64,000 bases of DNA from Mobula hypostoma (GCF_963921235.1 NC_086108.1:18600001-18664000), one strand, 5' to 3'; shown: positions 11,240-25,300, counted from the stretch's first letter. Numbers and translations: made by a program. The notes: generated by a model not told the origin, from the sequence alone.

Positions 11240-12222
11240 CTCTCTGAGTGACTAGTAGTATGCCTCAGAGATCGGTGCGGGGTCCATTGTTATTTGTCAT
11301 CTGTATCAATGCTCTGAATGATAATGTGGTAAACTGGATCACCAAGGTAGTGAACAGTAAGGGAAACTTTCAAAACTTGCAGGAGGATCTGGACTAGCTG
11401 GAAAAGAGGGTTGAAAAATGGCGAATAGAATTTAGTATAGACAAGTGAGAAGTGTTACAGCTTGGGAGGAGGAACCAGGGTAGGACTTACATGGTGAGTG
11501 GTTGGGCACTAAGGAGTCTGGTAAAACAGAGGGATATGGGAATACAGATACATAATTCCTTGAAAGTGGCATCACGGGTAGGTAGGGTCATAATGAAAGC
11601 TTTTAGCACATTGGCCTTCATAAATCAAAGTACTGAATACAGGAGTTGGGACGTTATGTTGAATTTGTATAAGACATTGGTGAGGTTTTATATGTACAGT
11701 TTTGGTCACATACCTGGAAGAAAGATGTCAATAAGATTGAAAGAGTACAGTAAAAATTTGCAAGGATGTTGCCAGGACTTGAGGGCCTGAGTTATGAGGA
11801 AAAGTTGAATTGGTTAATTTTATTCCCAACAGTGCAGAAGAATGAGGGAAGATTTGATGGAGGTATACAAAATAATGAGGGGTATGGGTAGAATAAATGG
11901 AAGCAGGACTTTTCCACTAAGCTTCATTGAGACTAGAACTAGAGGTCATGGGTTGAGGGTGAAAGGTGAAATGTTTAAAGGGAACATGAGGGGGAATTCT
12001 TCACTGAAAGTGTGGAACGAGTTGCCAGCAGAAGTGGTGGATGTGAACTAGGTTTCAGCATTTAAGAGAAATTTGGATAGGTACATGAATGGGAGGGATA
12101 TGGAGGGAAGTGATTTGGGTGCAATTTGATGGGACTAGGCTAATTAATAGTTCAGCACAGACTAGATGGGCTGAAGGGTTTGCTTCTGTGCTGTAGTGTT
12201 CTACAACTCTATCTATGACTAT
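11240..12222 (+). mobile_element. CR1 3' fragment
   Basis: RT C-terminal pieces in ORFs 11452-11790 and 11842-12051, followed by 3' UTR. Confidence 0.85.
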
Positions 12223-12579
12223 TTCTCAGTATCTGGGGAAGGCAGCCAATGTTAATAATGACCCATCCTACATTTCCTGCACTCTCCAATCAGGAAGAAG
12301 ATAAAAAAGTTTGAGAACACACCACCAGACTCAAGGATAACTTATATCCATTGCAATCAGACAGTTGAATGCACCTCTTGTGCAATAAAGCCAAACTCTT
12401 GTTTCTGCAGTCTACAACATCATGGGTCTTGCACTTTATTGTTTACCTGTCACTGTATTCTATATTCTCCTGCTGCCTTTGTATTATCTCAATGTACTTA
12501 TGTATGGAATGATCTGTTTAATTGGCATGCAAAACAAAAGTTTTTCACTGCATCTCAGTATATGTGACAACAATAAACC

Positions 12580-13215
12580 AATGTTAGCATGCATTTCAAG
12601 AGGACTAGAGTATAAAAGCAAGGATGTAATGTTGAAATTTTATAAAGCACTGGTGAGGCCGCAATTGGAGCATTGTGAGCAGGTTTGGGCCTCTTATGTT
12701 AGAAAGGATGTGCTGAAACTGGAGAGGGATCAAAAAAGATTCACGAAAATGATTCCAGGATTGAATGGCTTGTCATATGAAGAGCATTTGATGGCTCTGT
12801 GCCTGTATTCTCTGGAATTCAGAAGAATGAGGGGTGACCTCATTGAAACCTATCAAATGGTGAAAGGCCTCGATAGAGTGGACGTAGAGAGGATGTGTCT
12901 TATGGTGGGAGGGTCTAAGACCAGAAGACACAGCCTCAGAATAGAGGGGCATCCTTTTAGAATGGAGTTGAGGAGGAATTTCTTTTGCCAGAGAGTGGTG
13001 AAACTGTGGAATTCCTTGCCACAAGCAGCTCTGGAGGCCAAGTCCTTATGTATATTTAAGGTAAAGGCTGATAAATTCTTGACTGGTCAAGGCATAAAGG
13101 GATATGGGGAGAAGGCAGGAGATTAGGGCTGAGGAAAATTGGATCAGCCATGATTAAATGGCAGATTGGACCATGTGCCAACTGGCCTAATTCTGCTCCT
13201 ACATCTTATATCTTT
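12580..13215 (+). mobile_element. CR1 3' fragment
   Basis: ISRGLEYKSK...IKGYGEKAGD in ORF 12422-13126, then 3' UTR. Confidence 0.9.
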
Positions 13216-13621
13216 TGACCAGTTACCAGTGCTACACTCTGCATCATTCAGACAGTGGGAGTGTTTGTACATTTGTACAGTTCTATGGATGCCATGCTAA
13301 CTGGATGGTTGCCATGCCATCTTGATGCTCTCTATGCATGTTGGCAGGCTAAGGTGGTGGATCTAAATCAATCTGGTTATTACAACTGATTCCCATATGT
13401 CTTTTGTGTGATGCTGATGGATTTCACCAGTCAAGCTAGTGGTGTTCTACAGCCATGATTGCTGGGCGTAAACATAATATTCAAGGAACACTCCAGGTGA
13501 AGTGATGCTCTAGGGACATGGAGTTACACAGCACAGAAACAGGCCCCTCATCCCACTTTATCTGCGCCAACCAAGCTGATCCAGTCTCATTAGCCTATGT
13601 TTGAACAATAGCCCTCTAAAT

Positions 13622-13701
13622 CAGGGGTTCCCAACCTTTTTTATGCCATGGACCAATACTATTAAGCAAAGGACCCATCGACCCTGGGTTGGGAACCCTT
13701 G
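13622..13701. mobile_element. 80-bp hAT-type MITE
   Basis: TIRs CAGGGGTTCCCAACC / GGTTGGGAACCCTTG; 8-bp TSD CTCTAAAT / CTCTGAAT. Confidence 0.85.
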
Positions 13702-13889
13702 CTCTGAATCTTTCCAGTCCGTATACTTGTCTTTTAAATTTATCAATGTACCTCTCTTCTACTTTCTCTGGCAGCTTCTTCTGTATATCAACCATCTACT
13801 CTGTAAGAAACGTACTCCTCATTTCCTATTTAAATTTTATCCTTCTTAATTTAAATTTATTGTATCTTGTTTTTGACTCCCCTACCCTG

Positions 13890-14285
13890 GGATACGGTGG
13901 CAGGGTAGAGACACGTCTCTACCAAAGGAGGTGTAAAGTGCTCCTTTCCTCTACTAGTCTGCAAGTCACCCTTCGGCAAGGGTTATCACCTAATTAGCAC
14001 TCCACCCACCCCCAATCAGGGTTACGTGAATCTATGGGAGCAGGTGGTGGATGGTCATATGAGCAGCTGGCACTTATCACAAGTCCTGGCTATGCGACCA
14101 CTGATACCAGGCAGACAATCTCTGAAAACTATTGATAATGGCTGAGGTCACCCATCTTGTACAGACTTTGCCCAGAAGAAAGCAATGGCAAACGACTTCT
14201 GTAGAAGAAATTGCCAAGATCATTCATGGTCATGGAAAGACCATGAGTCCCCATGTTATACATACAGTACATAATGAATTAATGA
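13890..14285 (+). mobile_element. RTE-related SINE or non-autonomous element inserted in an old CR1(-) fragment
   Basis: GAAAGCAATGGCAAACGACTTC resembles the RTE-derived motif of bipartite SINEs; hairpin CATGGTC..GACCATG near the 3' end. Confidence 0.5.
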
Positions 14286-15702
14286 ACACTGGGATAAAGA
14301 CCATGACCATCCACTTTATTTATGAATCTGACTATTGTATAAACCTCTATCAGGTCACCCTCAGTCTCCTTCATTCTCAAGAAAACAATCCCAGCCTACC
14401 CAATCTCCCCTTATATATCAAGCCCTCCAGACCCATTTACAATCCCTGTGAATCTTTTCTGAGCCCTTTACATCTTATTTACATCCTACCTATAGCTGAT
14501 TGATCAGAAATGGTGAGCTCAGCCTTCCCCTATAAATCTACTTTTTCCTAACTGCTTAAAAAAGTACCTTTTGAAGAAAATCCTAGTACCCTCATTGGTG
14601 ATCTTATTATTGTGAACAGAATAAACAGTCAAGATTGCAAAAACTTTTGATGTTGTGTTAGCCCTTGAATCTGTAGAGATCCATCTCCTGAAGTGTTCTG
14701 CTTTCCTTTATCCCCATTTAGATTTGTTAATGCTGTGTATTTAATATTTCAGTAATATTTGAGAAATATTGTAAATATGTTGTTTGATTAAGCATTCTTT
14801 GTTTGTTTAAATAATTCATTGCGGGTTATATTTAAAAGTATAATGGCATATGTCATTGCACCACCATATCATAGGCACGCGCTTCGGTTAAAATTAAAAA
14901 CGAAGTCTACATGCATCTCTTGGACTCCCTTGTTTTTCTTTCAATTAGTTTTATGTTTTGGAGTTACAAACCACAACAGTGGTCGTAAGTTTTGAAGTGA
15001 GTCCAAGATGACTACCTGCCTGTTCTTCACAAACTGTGAGAGTGAGACGGCTGTGTAAAAAATAAAGCACGGCATGTGCCTCTTCAAAAATGAGAGAAAG
15101 AGGTGATCGAATTAAAAATAATCAGCAAACAGATAAATTCGTGGGTTTATAAAATGGGCGAGTACTGATTGATAATAGTCATAAATTTTAAAAAAGCAGA
15201 AATGGCTGGCGACATCAACAAGACAGATGCATTTGATTTCACAAGAGATAACTGGTTAATGTATACTGAGCTAATTGAACAGTATTTTGACGCAAATGAA
15301 ATAGCCAATGCCAATTTTGCTGAGTGCTATTGGTGGGAAAACATACAGGTTTGCTTAGAAATTTGACAGCTCTAACCAAACCAGCCAAAATGAGCTTTGC
15401 TGATATTGTAAAAATAATGCAGGAACATTTAGAACCAAAACCATTGATGATTGCAGGACACTTTATGTTTCATAAAGAAAATCAAAAAGAAGGGGAGTCC
15501 ATTTCAGCTTATATAGCTGAATTAACATTGTCTGCACATTGTCTGCTCGATGATGGGCTTAATGATACACTAAGAGATCTTTAAGTTTGTGGAATCTTAC
15601 AAGAAAGCATTCAATGGCGGCTCATAACTGAAGCACAGCTATATTGAAGATATTCAACTATAACTCCTGTGGAAATGACATTTGTGACAGTGAAATACAG
15701 CA

Positions 15703-16751
15703 ATAGTCATAGTCATACTTTATTGATCCTGGGGGAAATTGGTTTTCGTTACAGTTTCACCATAAATAATTAAATAGTAATAAAACCATAAATAGTTAAA
15801 TAGTAATATGTAAATTATGCCAGGAAATAAGTCCAGGACTAGCCTATTGGCTCAGGGTGTCTGACCCTCCAAGGGAGGAGTTGTAAAGTTTGATGGCCAC
15901 AGGCAGGAATGACTTCCTATGACACTCTGTGTTGCATCTCGGTGGAATGAGACTCTAGCTGAATGTGCTCTGTGCCCAACCAGTACATTATGTAGTGGAT
16001 TGGAGACACTGTCCAAGATGGCATGCAACTTGGACAGCATCCTCTTTTCAGACACCACCGTCAGGGAGTCCAGTTCCATCCCCACAACACCACTGGCCTG
16101 ATGAATGAGTTTGTTGATTCTGTTGGTGTCTGCTACCCTCAGCCTGCTGCCCCAGCACACGACAGCAAACATGATCGCACTGGCCATCACAGACTTGTAG
16201 AACATCCTCAGCATCGTTCGGCAGATGTTAAAGGACCTCAGTCTCCTCGGGAAATAGAGACGGCTCTGACCTTTCTTGTAGACAGCCTCAGTGTTCTTTG
16301 ACCAGTCCAGTTTATTGTCAATTCATATCCCCAGGTATTTGTAATCCTCCACCATGTCCACACTGACCCCCTGGATGGAAACAGGGGTCACCGGTACCTT
16401 AGCTCTCCTCAGGTCTACCACCAGCTCCTTAGTCTTTTTCACATTAAGCTGCAGTTAATTCTGCTCACACCATGTGACAAAGTTTCCTACCGTAGCCCTG
16501 TACTCAGCCTTATCTCCCTTGCTGATGCATCCAACTATGGCAGAGTCATCAGAAAACTTCTGAAGATGACAACACTCTGTGCAGTAGTTGAAGTCCGAGG
16601 TGTAAATGGTGAAGAGAAAGGGAGACAAGACAGTCCCCTGTGGAGCCCCAGTGCTGCTGATCACTGTGTCGGACACACAGTGTTGCAAACACACGTACTG
16701 TGGTCTGCCGGTCAGGTAATCAAGGATCCATGACACCAGGAAAGCATCCAC
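15703..16751 (-). mobile_element. Rex1/Babar LINE 3' fragment
   Basis: WILDYLTGRPQYV, GAPQGTVLSPFLF, KFSDDSAIVG; AATAAA plus (ATGACT)n tail. Confidence 0.9.
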
Positions 16752-18710
16752 CAAGCCACATTGGGCTTGCATGTGGTAAAAACAGGAGATCCAGCTTTGT
16801 GGGGTCATGATTGGCTGAGACAACTACAACTTGACTGGAGATCCATCCACAATTTGCTTGCCACACCCCCTGCAAGAGTCAACTGAACACAAATTGAGAA
16901 AGGTATTTGATGACGCCACAGCAGTGTTCAGAAGTGGCATTGGAAAACTGAAGGGTAAAATAGTGTTAAACGAAAATGTCACACCAAAGTTCCTTACACC
17001 ATCCACAATAAAGTAGGCAGTGAGCTAGATTGCATGGAGGCCGAGGAATTCTTTCCAAGTTTGAGTAGAGCCCATTGGCAATGCCAGTGGCCCTAGTAGC
17101 CAAGAAGGATGGGTCTGTCAGGATCTGTGGTGAGTTTAAGGTCACCGCCAACCCAATACTGAAAGAGGATCAATACCTGTTGCCCAGGTTAGCAGATATC
17201 TTTGCAAACCTTTCTGGAGGAAAACACTTCAGCAAAGTTGACTTAGCTGAGGCCTACCTACAGATGGAAGAACAGTCCAAAGTGTTTCTCACCATAATCA
17301 CCCAAAAGGGCTTTATCACTATAACAGGCTGGAGTAGCACCTGCACCTGCACTCTGGCAGAAAGCTATGGACTAGGTGCTGCACGACCATCCAGGTACTC
17401 AGTGCTTGTTACCTGGATAACATCATTGTGAACGGTACTATAATATTACTATAATAGATTCCTGCCAAACCTGACTACTTTGTTGCGCCCCTTGAACTCA
17501 TTACCACAGATTGGGAAGAAATGGTGATGGACAAAGCAGTGTGAGGTTGCTTTCAGAAAGGTAAAGAAAGCTGTGACATCAGACACTGTACTTACGCATT
17601 ATGATCCACACCATCCAGTGAAGTTTACCTGTGACATCCTGCCTAATGGTATAAATGCAGTCGTATCGTATGAGTGCTGGGAGTGAACACATTGCATTAT
17701 GTTCCCTTACTGCTGCAGAGAAAAAAATTGTGCATAAATTGACAAAGAGGCCTTGAGTCTGGTTTGGGGTGTCAAACATTTCAGCCAGTACTTGCATTAG
17801 AGAGAGCTTACCCTCATTACTGATCGTCAACCACTAGTGTCCATTTTCAATCCACAGAAGGGTGGTCCACTAACAGCAGCAGCACAAATGCAGAGATGGG
17901 CTCTTATTCTGGGAGGACACAATTTCAAGATCGAATTCAATAGGACAACTAATTATGGAAGTGTTGATGAATTGTCCTTTTTACCCTTGGAAAAGGAAAT
18001 ACTTGAAAAATTACAAAGAGGGCACTCCTCTTGATGTATTCTCCCTGATGCAAATCTAACATTTCCCTATTACAGCAGAGATTATCCAAAGGGAAACCAG
18101 AAAATACCCACACTGTCTTAGGTCTACATGATGGCTCAAAATGGCTAGAATGTGCAGCAGGAATTCCAGTTCCTCCATTTTTACCAGCACCGGGATTAAC
18201 TTGCCCTTGATGAATGCTGCCTTAGTTAGGGTTTGAGAATTGTACCATCCAAGCTATAAGTAAAGTGCTGGTGGATCATCTAGGCATGGTCAAAATGAAA
18301 ACGTTGGTTCAAAGATTTGTCTGGAGCCTGGGGTAGATCATCAGACTGAGCAGATTTCATGCACTGTTTGAGATGCCAACACATCCAGAAGATGCCAACA
18401 GCAGTGCTTCTCCATTCTTGGGAATCGCCTATGTTGCCCTGGCAGAGGATTCATGTGGATTTTGCTGGACCATTCATGGACAAACAGTTCTTAGTAGTAG
18501 TGGATGCAGCTACAAAGAGACCAGAAGTGCTCTCAATATCCTCTAATAAAGCCTCACACACTGTTGATATGTTGATAACCCTCTTCTTAAGGACTAGTGT
18601 TCCAGAACACTTAGTCAGTAACAACGGACCACAACTTATAGGAGAACACTTTCAGTCATTCCAGAAAATGAATGGAATAAGACATATTACATCTGCACTG
18701 TACCATTCAG

Positions 18711-19506
18711 TTACAAGGATGTTGCCTGGATTGGAGGGCATACATTATGAGAATAGGTTGAGCCCTTTCTCCTTGAAGCAACAGAGGATAAGAAGTGACC
18801 TGATAGAGGTGTGTATAAGATGATGAGGGGCATTGATCATAGAACATAGAACATAGAATAGTACAGCACAGTACAGGCCCTTCAGCCCACAATGTTGTGC
18901 CGACCCTTAAGCCCTGCCTCCCATATAAGCCCCCACCTTAAATTCCTCCATATACCTGTCTAGTAGTCTCTAAAACTTCACCAGTGTATCTGCCTCCACC
19001 ACTGACTCAGGCAGTGCATTCCACGCACCAACCACTCTCTGAGTAAAAAACCTTCCTCTAATATCCCCCTTGAACTTCCCACCCCTTACCTTAAAGCCAT
19101 GTCCTCTTGTATTGAGCAGTGGTGCCCTGGGGAAGAGGCGCTGGCTATCCACTCTATCTATTCCTCTTATTATCTTGTACTCATGTGGATAGCCAGGGCT
19201 GAAATGTCTAACACAAGGGGGCATAGTTTTAAGGTGCTTGGAGAAAGGTACCAAGGAAGTGTCAGAGGTAAGTTATTCACACAGAGAGTGGTGGGTGCGT
19301 GAAATGTACTGCCAGCAGCGGTGGTGGAAGTGGATACAATGGGGTCTTTTAAGAGCCTCTTAGATAGGTACATGGAGCTTAGAAAAATATAGGGCTATGC
19401 GCTAGGGAAATTCTCGGCAGTCTCTAGAGTAGGTTACATGGTCAGCACAACATTGTGGACCAAAGGGCCTGTAATGTGCTGTAAGTTTCTATCTTCTTAT
19501 GTTCTA
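18711..19506 (+). mobile_element. CR1 3' fragment containing a nested CR1(-) 3' fragment at 18841-19180
   Basis: TRMLPGLEG; nested piece has (AGAACAT)n tail and TSD TCAT. Confidence 0.85.
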
Positions 19507-20094
19507 AATAGCTTGGCAGAAAAATTTGTCCAGAGTCTAAAGATTGCACTGTGAGCAATATCAGCAGAGTACAGTACAATGACACTGAATCAGAAGCTTG
19601 CCTTCATAATGCAACACATTCCACAACCAAAACATCACCAGTTATGCTGTCCCTTGCATTCGTGTCTGGATCACCTCAAACCCAATCTCAGAAGTATGGA
19701 GGACGAACAGCTGAGGCAAATAGAAGGCTCCTCAAACAAGGAGGTTCAATGCTTCATTCCTGGACAAACAGGCCTGGCAAGAGACTACAGAAGTGAATGA
19801 ATGTAGATATTTGGAAAGATTAAAGACAAAATTGGACCCCTCTCCTACATAGTGGAGATTGCAGCTGATGTCATTGGGAGCACATCGATCAGTTGAGGAG
19901 AGCAAAAATTGTTAGAGAAGAAAAGTGTCTAGAGCTGTCAGAACCACTTCCTGCAGTCCCAGAGTTGACTCCTCAAACCACCACAGAGGATGCCTCAGAA
20001 CCTGAGATTATTTCACAGCCACAAGTCTCACCTGCAAGGCAGAGGGACCCCACCCCTTCTTTTATATACATAGATGTTGAAATGCCCATACAGT

Positions 20095-20530
20095 TAGAAA
20101 CTTCAAAGCAAGTGGTCATGGTAGAACTGAAATTGCCTTGTGAAGATTGGATTGAGGAGGTGCTTGAGCATAAGAAAGCCAAATACCAGGAGCTGGTAGG
20201 GGAGTGCCAGAGACAGGGGTGAAGGGCATGATGCGAGTCTATAGAGCTAAAGTGTAGAGGTTTTGCTGGCTGCTCACTTTACAGAGCTTACTTTCTCCTT
20301 GGCATTATAGGGACTGTAAAGAAAAGAGCCATCAGGACCATCACAGAGGCTGCTGAGCGAGTCTCCAGATGGCTATGGACCATTATTGTTGCAACACAAG
20401 CCACAGCCTGATCAGCCTTGGCTAGGTCACCTGGGTGAGGGTGTTTGATATCGCAAGACCTGAAACACCCAATGACTCCAGGTTACATCACTGATGATGT
20501 GCCCCAGTGCATTCTAGGATATATCTCAGC
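20095..20530 (+). mobile_element. HERO/R2-group non-LTR retrotransposon 3' fragment (restriction-like endonuclease)
   Basis: SKQVVMVELKLPCEDWIEEVLEHKKAKYQELVGECQRQG..IELKCRGFAG fits the RLE pattern ELxxPxE...KxxKY...CRGF. Confidence 0.75.
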
Positions 20531-20869
20531 ACCGAAATGTATTCTATATTGACTTGGTGTCTACAGATAAGCAAGGTGGAGTGTTTAATATTTCAATAGC
20601 ATTTGAGTAATATTGTAAATATATTGATTAAGCATTCTTTGTTCATTTAAATAATTCATTATCGATTGTATGTAAAAGTATGTGAATGGCATACGTCATT
20701 ACGCCACCATATCAGTTGCATGCACCTCACTTAAAAGTGAAAAAACATCTCTTGGGCTTCCTTATTTTTCTTTTGAAGTTTTATGTTTTGGAGTTACAAA
20801 ACACAACGGCTAGTTTGACGTTATAGCTTCATGACTAACTCCAGATACCTAAGCCCTCACCTTAATATC

Positions 20870-21075
20870 CTTGGGCTGAGGGAGTGCTGTAGTATTGGAG
20901 CTGTGCATTAACAGGATTTTAAACTGAGAATGTAGCAAGCCAGTTTGGTACATGTTAAAGATAAACTGCCATTATGTCAGCAAGGACATTCTGCTGAAAA
21001 GATGATTGTCTCCTATATTTTGTTTATGGTCTGTGTAAATTTGCTGTACACAAATTGCTTGCTATAATTGATGTC
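20870..21075 (+). mobile_element. Possible Deu-domain SINE (SacSINE1/AmnSINE1-like) remnant
   Basis: CTGAGGGAGTGCTG...TTAAACTGAG...TTGCTGTACACAAATTG resemble the Deu domain as I recall it; highly diverged. Confidence 0.45.
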
Positions 21076-23099
21076 AGAGATGACATTTTGTCATTACAGA
21101 GATTGAGTCCAGCCTATAAGTTACAGAATGCTTTGCTTCCAATTGAACTACATCTGTATCTTGTTTTACGGCGGTTGGCATCCAGCTTAATGGTGCATTA
21201 CCACATTTAACTACATCATTATACTTCTTCACTAAAATAGACCAACAAATCAGGCCTTACTGTGTGTGACTTCCCTCACCCTCACCCCATGCATTTCTCA
21301 GGCTGTACATTCCTTTTAAGCTCGGTGGGACTGATCAATCTGGAGGTTAGGGTTTGGCAGACATCCCATCATACAGAGAAGAACACGAACTTGAGCTCAG
21401 GTGGTGGACATTTAGGGTCAGTCCCTGTAATGCCCTGATGACCCATTGACAGCTCATACTACTAAGTGATTCTAATTCTACTTAATTGCCACAGAGTTTT
21501 AAAATGGCTCAAGCACATTAAAAGCAATTCACATTATTAGCAGTTCACAGTTTAAAAGATTAATTTACTTAGCATTGCCAACTATTAGGCAAATTTTAAA
21601 AAATAGTAATGTCACCCCTTTCTTCAAGGATGGTGGTTCTAGAAAGCAGTTGTGGCAAGAATAAGGTGGAGGTCTCAGGAGCAAAGTGGTAATTGATTGC
21701 CACATGTACCAAGGTCAAAATCTGCAAACCAAATTAATTTGAATGCTATGCTGACAGATTATTTCAAAACATATGCACCAAAGAATGTACAAAGGGAAAA
21801 GTAATAACAGAAGGCAAAATATAGTTTTACATTTGGAAAGAAAGTGCAATGCAGGTACACAATAGTGTGCAAATGCCATGATGAATTAAATCATGTGGTC
21901 AACAGTCCCTCTTTCCCATACAAGAGGTCTGTTCAAGAGTCTTATAAGAGTGGGGTAAAAGCTGTCTTTCACCCAGTGGCACGTGTTTTTAAGCTTTTGT
22001 ATCTTCTGCCCAATGGAAAGGGGGAGAAGAGAGAATTCGAGGGTAAGCGCTTGCCCCAACCAAATGCATTCAAGTTGCTTAACTCCAGATATCGGTGTCT
22101 CATTGTTGGATGCTGTTCAGAGGCAGATGGGAGGTCAGTTGTACCAACATCTCACCTCTTGCTTGATCCTGACTCTGTGCTTTTCAGGCAGCTGGGGAAG
22201 TCAACAATGATTGAATTTAGGAGAAGTGAACTGTGTGTGATACCTTCAGTTGACCTCCTTTTATTACCAGGACAAATACAGCAAATCTTGAATGTCTGGG
22301 GGTGCTCTGAGGCACTGTATAATGCCACATGTCAATACGTATGTGACTGTGTCTGTCTGTCTCTCTCTCTCTCTCTCCTCCCCCCCCCCCCTCCCCTTTA
22401 AGCATCTCATGTTGGGGCAAAAATCAGAAATTCCAGCACAGGCAGAGATAACATCTATATTCCAAACTACATCAAATGTCTGACACAGAAATTAAGTTAT
22501 GTTGTCTGGGTCAACAAGCAGATGGCAATGAATCTGTTTTAAATACAGTATTCTTAACAGTAGAAAAACTTAAATTCAGGTAAAATACCATGAACATGTA
22601 ACTTAAGATGTATATTGATGCTTCATCTAAATGAAAAGCTGAGGTACATGAATACCATCAGACATTGTCAGGCAGATGGTGGTAACACACTGCAATCTTT
22701 CATTGCAAGGATATAGTTTATGGGATGTTTGGAATCTGGATTCCTGCTTTAACTGCTGCTCTGGTGAAGGTTCTCCCACAGTGTTATAGGGGAGTGAGAC
22801 CCAGGATTTAGATCCAGCAATGAAGAACCAGTCAGGGTCGGCATGTGTTCGGAAGGGAACATGCAGATGGTGGTGTTACCTATTACCAACTTGATAGTAG
22901 AGTTTCAAGGTTTGAGATGTGCTGGTGGAGTAGTGGTCAATAAAGGTCACAGTGCTAGACTTGGGCCACAATGATTAATTCTGATGTCACTGACTATGAT
23001 CACACTGGTTCACGTGGGGTAACTTGATCTTGACTGTCAGTTGGTGGTTTAATGAACATCACTGTGAAAATATTCAGGATTGGGTTGCCAAGTCGTAAA

Positions 23100-23700
23100 G
23101 AACATCTGTGACTCAGCAATGCCAAATATCTAATGACCATTTCCAACAAGAGAAAGCTATTCCTTAACACTCAGTGGCATCATTAGTGCTGGGTTCCACA
23201 GGGTTCTCTGATGGTCACCACAATGTCTGAGTCCCTGATGGTCACCACAATTATCAATTAGACCAGCCACATAAATACTGTGTCTATATCGTCAAGTCAG
23301 AGGATTCGTGTCTTTTGGTGAGTGACTCACCTCCATAATTGAGAAAGCACAAATTAAGATTATGATGAGACATTCTCCTTCCTGCCTGCCTAGATGAGTG
23401 CATTGCCAATAACTCATCAGAAGCTTCAACCCCGTTCAGAACAAAGCCGACTTGATTGTCAGGAACACAACCATCTAGGAACACCACTACCCAGAGTTAA
23501 ACAGCATTCTGACTGGGAAGTAACCTCTCTGGTTCTCCATTGGGTTTGGGTCTGAACCCTGGAACTCCCTCTCCTACAACTCCAGAGGAACACCTTCATC
23601 AGAAGAACTGCAGTGGTTCAAGATGGAAGCTCACTACCACCTTCTTAAGAGTCGTTACAGATGGGCAGTAGAGGCTGGCCTTGTCAAAATACTAAAATGT
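23100..23700 (+). mobile_element. Old LINE (CR1/L2 group) 3' remnant
   Basis: Ends CTGCAGTGGTTCAAGATGGAAGCTCACTACCACCTTCTTAAG...GATGGGCA, a recognisable LINE 3' end; no open frame. Confidence 0.5.
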
Positions 23701-25152
23701 GAATAAATTTTGAAGAATTATCTCCTATAAGACATTTGTCAAAATCAAGTTTATTGTCACATGTACATGTATGCACAGGTACAATGAAAAACTAACTTCC
23801 AGAACATTCCATTCACAAGAAGAACATAAATTAAATAATCAATTATACAAATTTTTTACAAGAAAGAACATTATTTGAAAGAAGTCCATTTTAGTGCAAA
23901 GTGATTGAAGGGATCATAGCATTTCTAAACTCTAGTGATTAAGATTGCATTAGGTTTAAGAATTTTCTTTTAAGCCCATCACCTCTACTGGGGCATAGGC
24001 CATTGTCAGCAGTTTACCAGAGTCATCTGTCCTGGTTGAGTCTTTCAAGTTGTCTCCATGCTTGGTGTATCCTTCCACCCCCAGGGGTGAGGTCTTTGGA
24101 TCTTCTGTTGGCATTTCTGTAGCTCTGGGTTTTACAGGTTTGGGTTGCTAGCCCTGTGCCCAACCCTCCTCCTTTTGCAGACGGACTTGGGACCATCCAT
24201 GGTGGAGTGAGGTTCAAGAATGTGATGGGTTTATCAGCAATAATCTGATAATTTCATTGTTAGTTGTAGGTTTTGTTAAGTTTCTGCTGTAGGATTAGAA
24301 CAGTTGTTTTGGATGAATGTGACTACAGGAAGGTAGCCACTCTGCTTTTGCACATCTGTAATAATAATAGTAATGATGGTCATGGGAGGTATAGTAATGT
24401 TAATCATGATGTTGGTGGTGATGCTGCAGGTTAGCATTTATGGTGATTGCAATGCAGATAGGAGAGAAACCCAACCCTGCCGTCTACCATATTTATCGTA
24501 CTACTAGGCAAATAAAATTGAAAATTGTTTTTTTTCTACAGAGTATATTACGAGACAAGGAAAAGCACAAGTTAACGTAAGCTTAAATGAGTATAAATTA
24601 TTTACATCTGCGAAACTAGCTCACAATCAAATAAAGCTTTTCTTTTCAGAAGATTACTGCAAATATTTCAGAATGAATCCTTGGGGATTCACGCTGGAAT
24701 GCCCTCCCTGGCTCACTGGTAAAGTTTTTACCAGTGAGCCAAAGCTTACAAAATTTCTTCCCACTCAGTCACAATTGAGTTCCAACTGCACACAGCAGCA
24801 CAGATTGACTGATGTGATACTGTTTATTATATATTCGACACACTATATTCAATAAAATAGAGTTTCAGCCAGTCCTCTGTGAGCACTTCCTGCTACCCAC
24901 CCAATGCCAGGGCAGGTTTCCCTGGCGCAAGGTCTGTATTGGAACATGAAAATGGGAGCAAGAGGAGGCCACTGGGTCTCTTGAGCTTCATCTGTCATTC
25001 AATAAGATCCTAGCTCATAGAGATATGGAGAGATACCGTTTATACTTTATACTTTATTAGATACAGCACTAAAAGAAGCCCTTTGGCCCACTAAATATGC
25101 ACTAAACACCACCATTTACTTTCATTCTAACTTAATCCTTTTTTTTTTAAAA

Positions 25153-25300
25153 AGACAACTGCTTCTGCAGATGCTGGAAATCCAGAGTAACACAACACAA
25201 AATACTAGCGGAACTTAGCAGTTTAGATCAGTCCTGATGAAGGGTTTCTACCATAAATGTCATCTATTTATTTTTCTCCATAGTTGCTGTTTACGTGTGT
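25153..25300. mobile_element. Short Penelope-like remnant: inverted terminus plus degenerate hammerhead (25229-25266)
   Basis: TCTGCAGATGCTGGAAATC (reverse terminus) joined to CAGTCCTGATGAAGGGTTTC. Confidence 0.65.

Larger units (their letters stand above)
14731..20808 (+). mobile_element. Decayed two-LTR Ty3/Gypsy retrotransposon carrying four nested insertions
   Basis: LTRs 14731-14978 and about 20582-20808 share TAATATTTC...TTTTATGTTTTGGAGTTACAAA.CACAAC; gag QEHLEPKPLMI; RT KKDGSVRICGEFK, FSKVDLAEAYLQ; integrase PWQRIHVDFAGP; degenerate TSD GTTAA / GCTAG. Confidence 0.9.

Noticed and set aside
12422..13126. 234-aa ORF with hydrophobic N-terminus fused to RT C-terminus
   Set aside because: Chance read-through from another LINE's 3' UTR into a CR1 fragment
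21844..22401. 185-aa ORF
   Set aside because: Non-ATG start, runs through an antisense Rex1 remnant and a microsatellite
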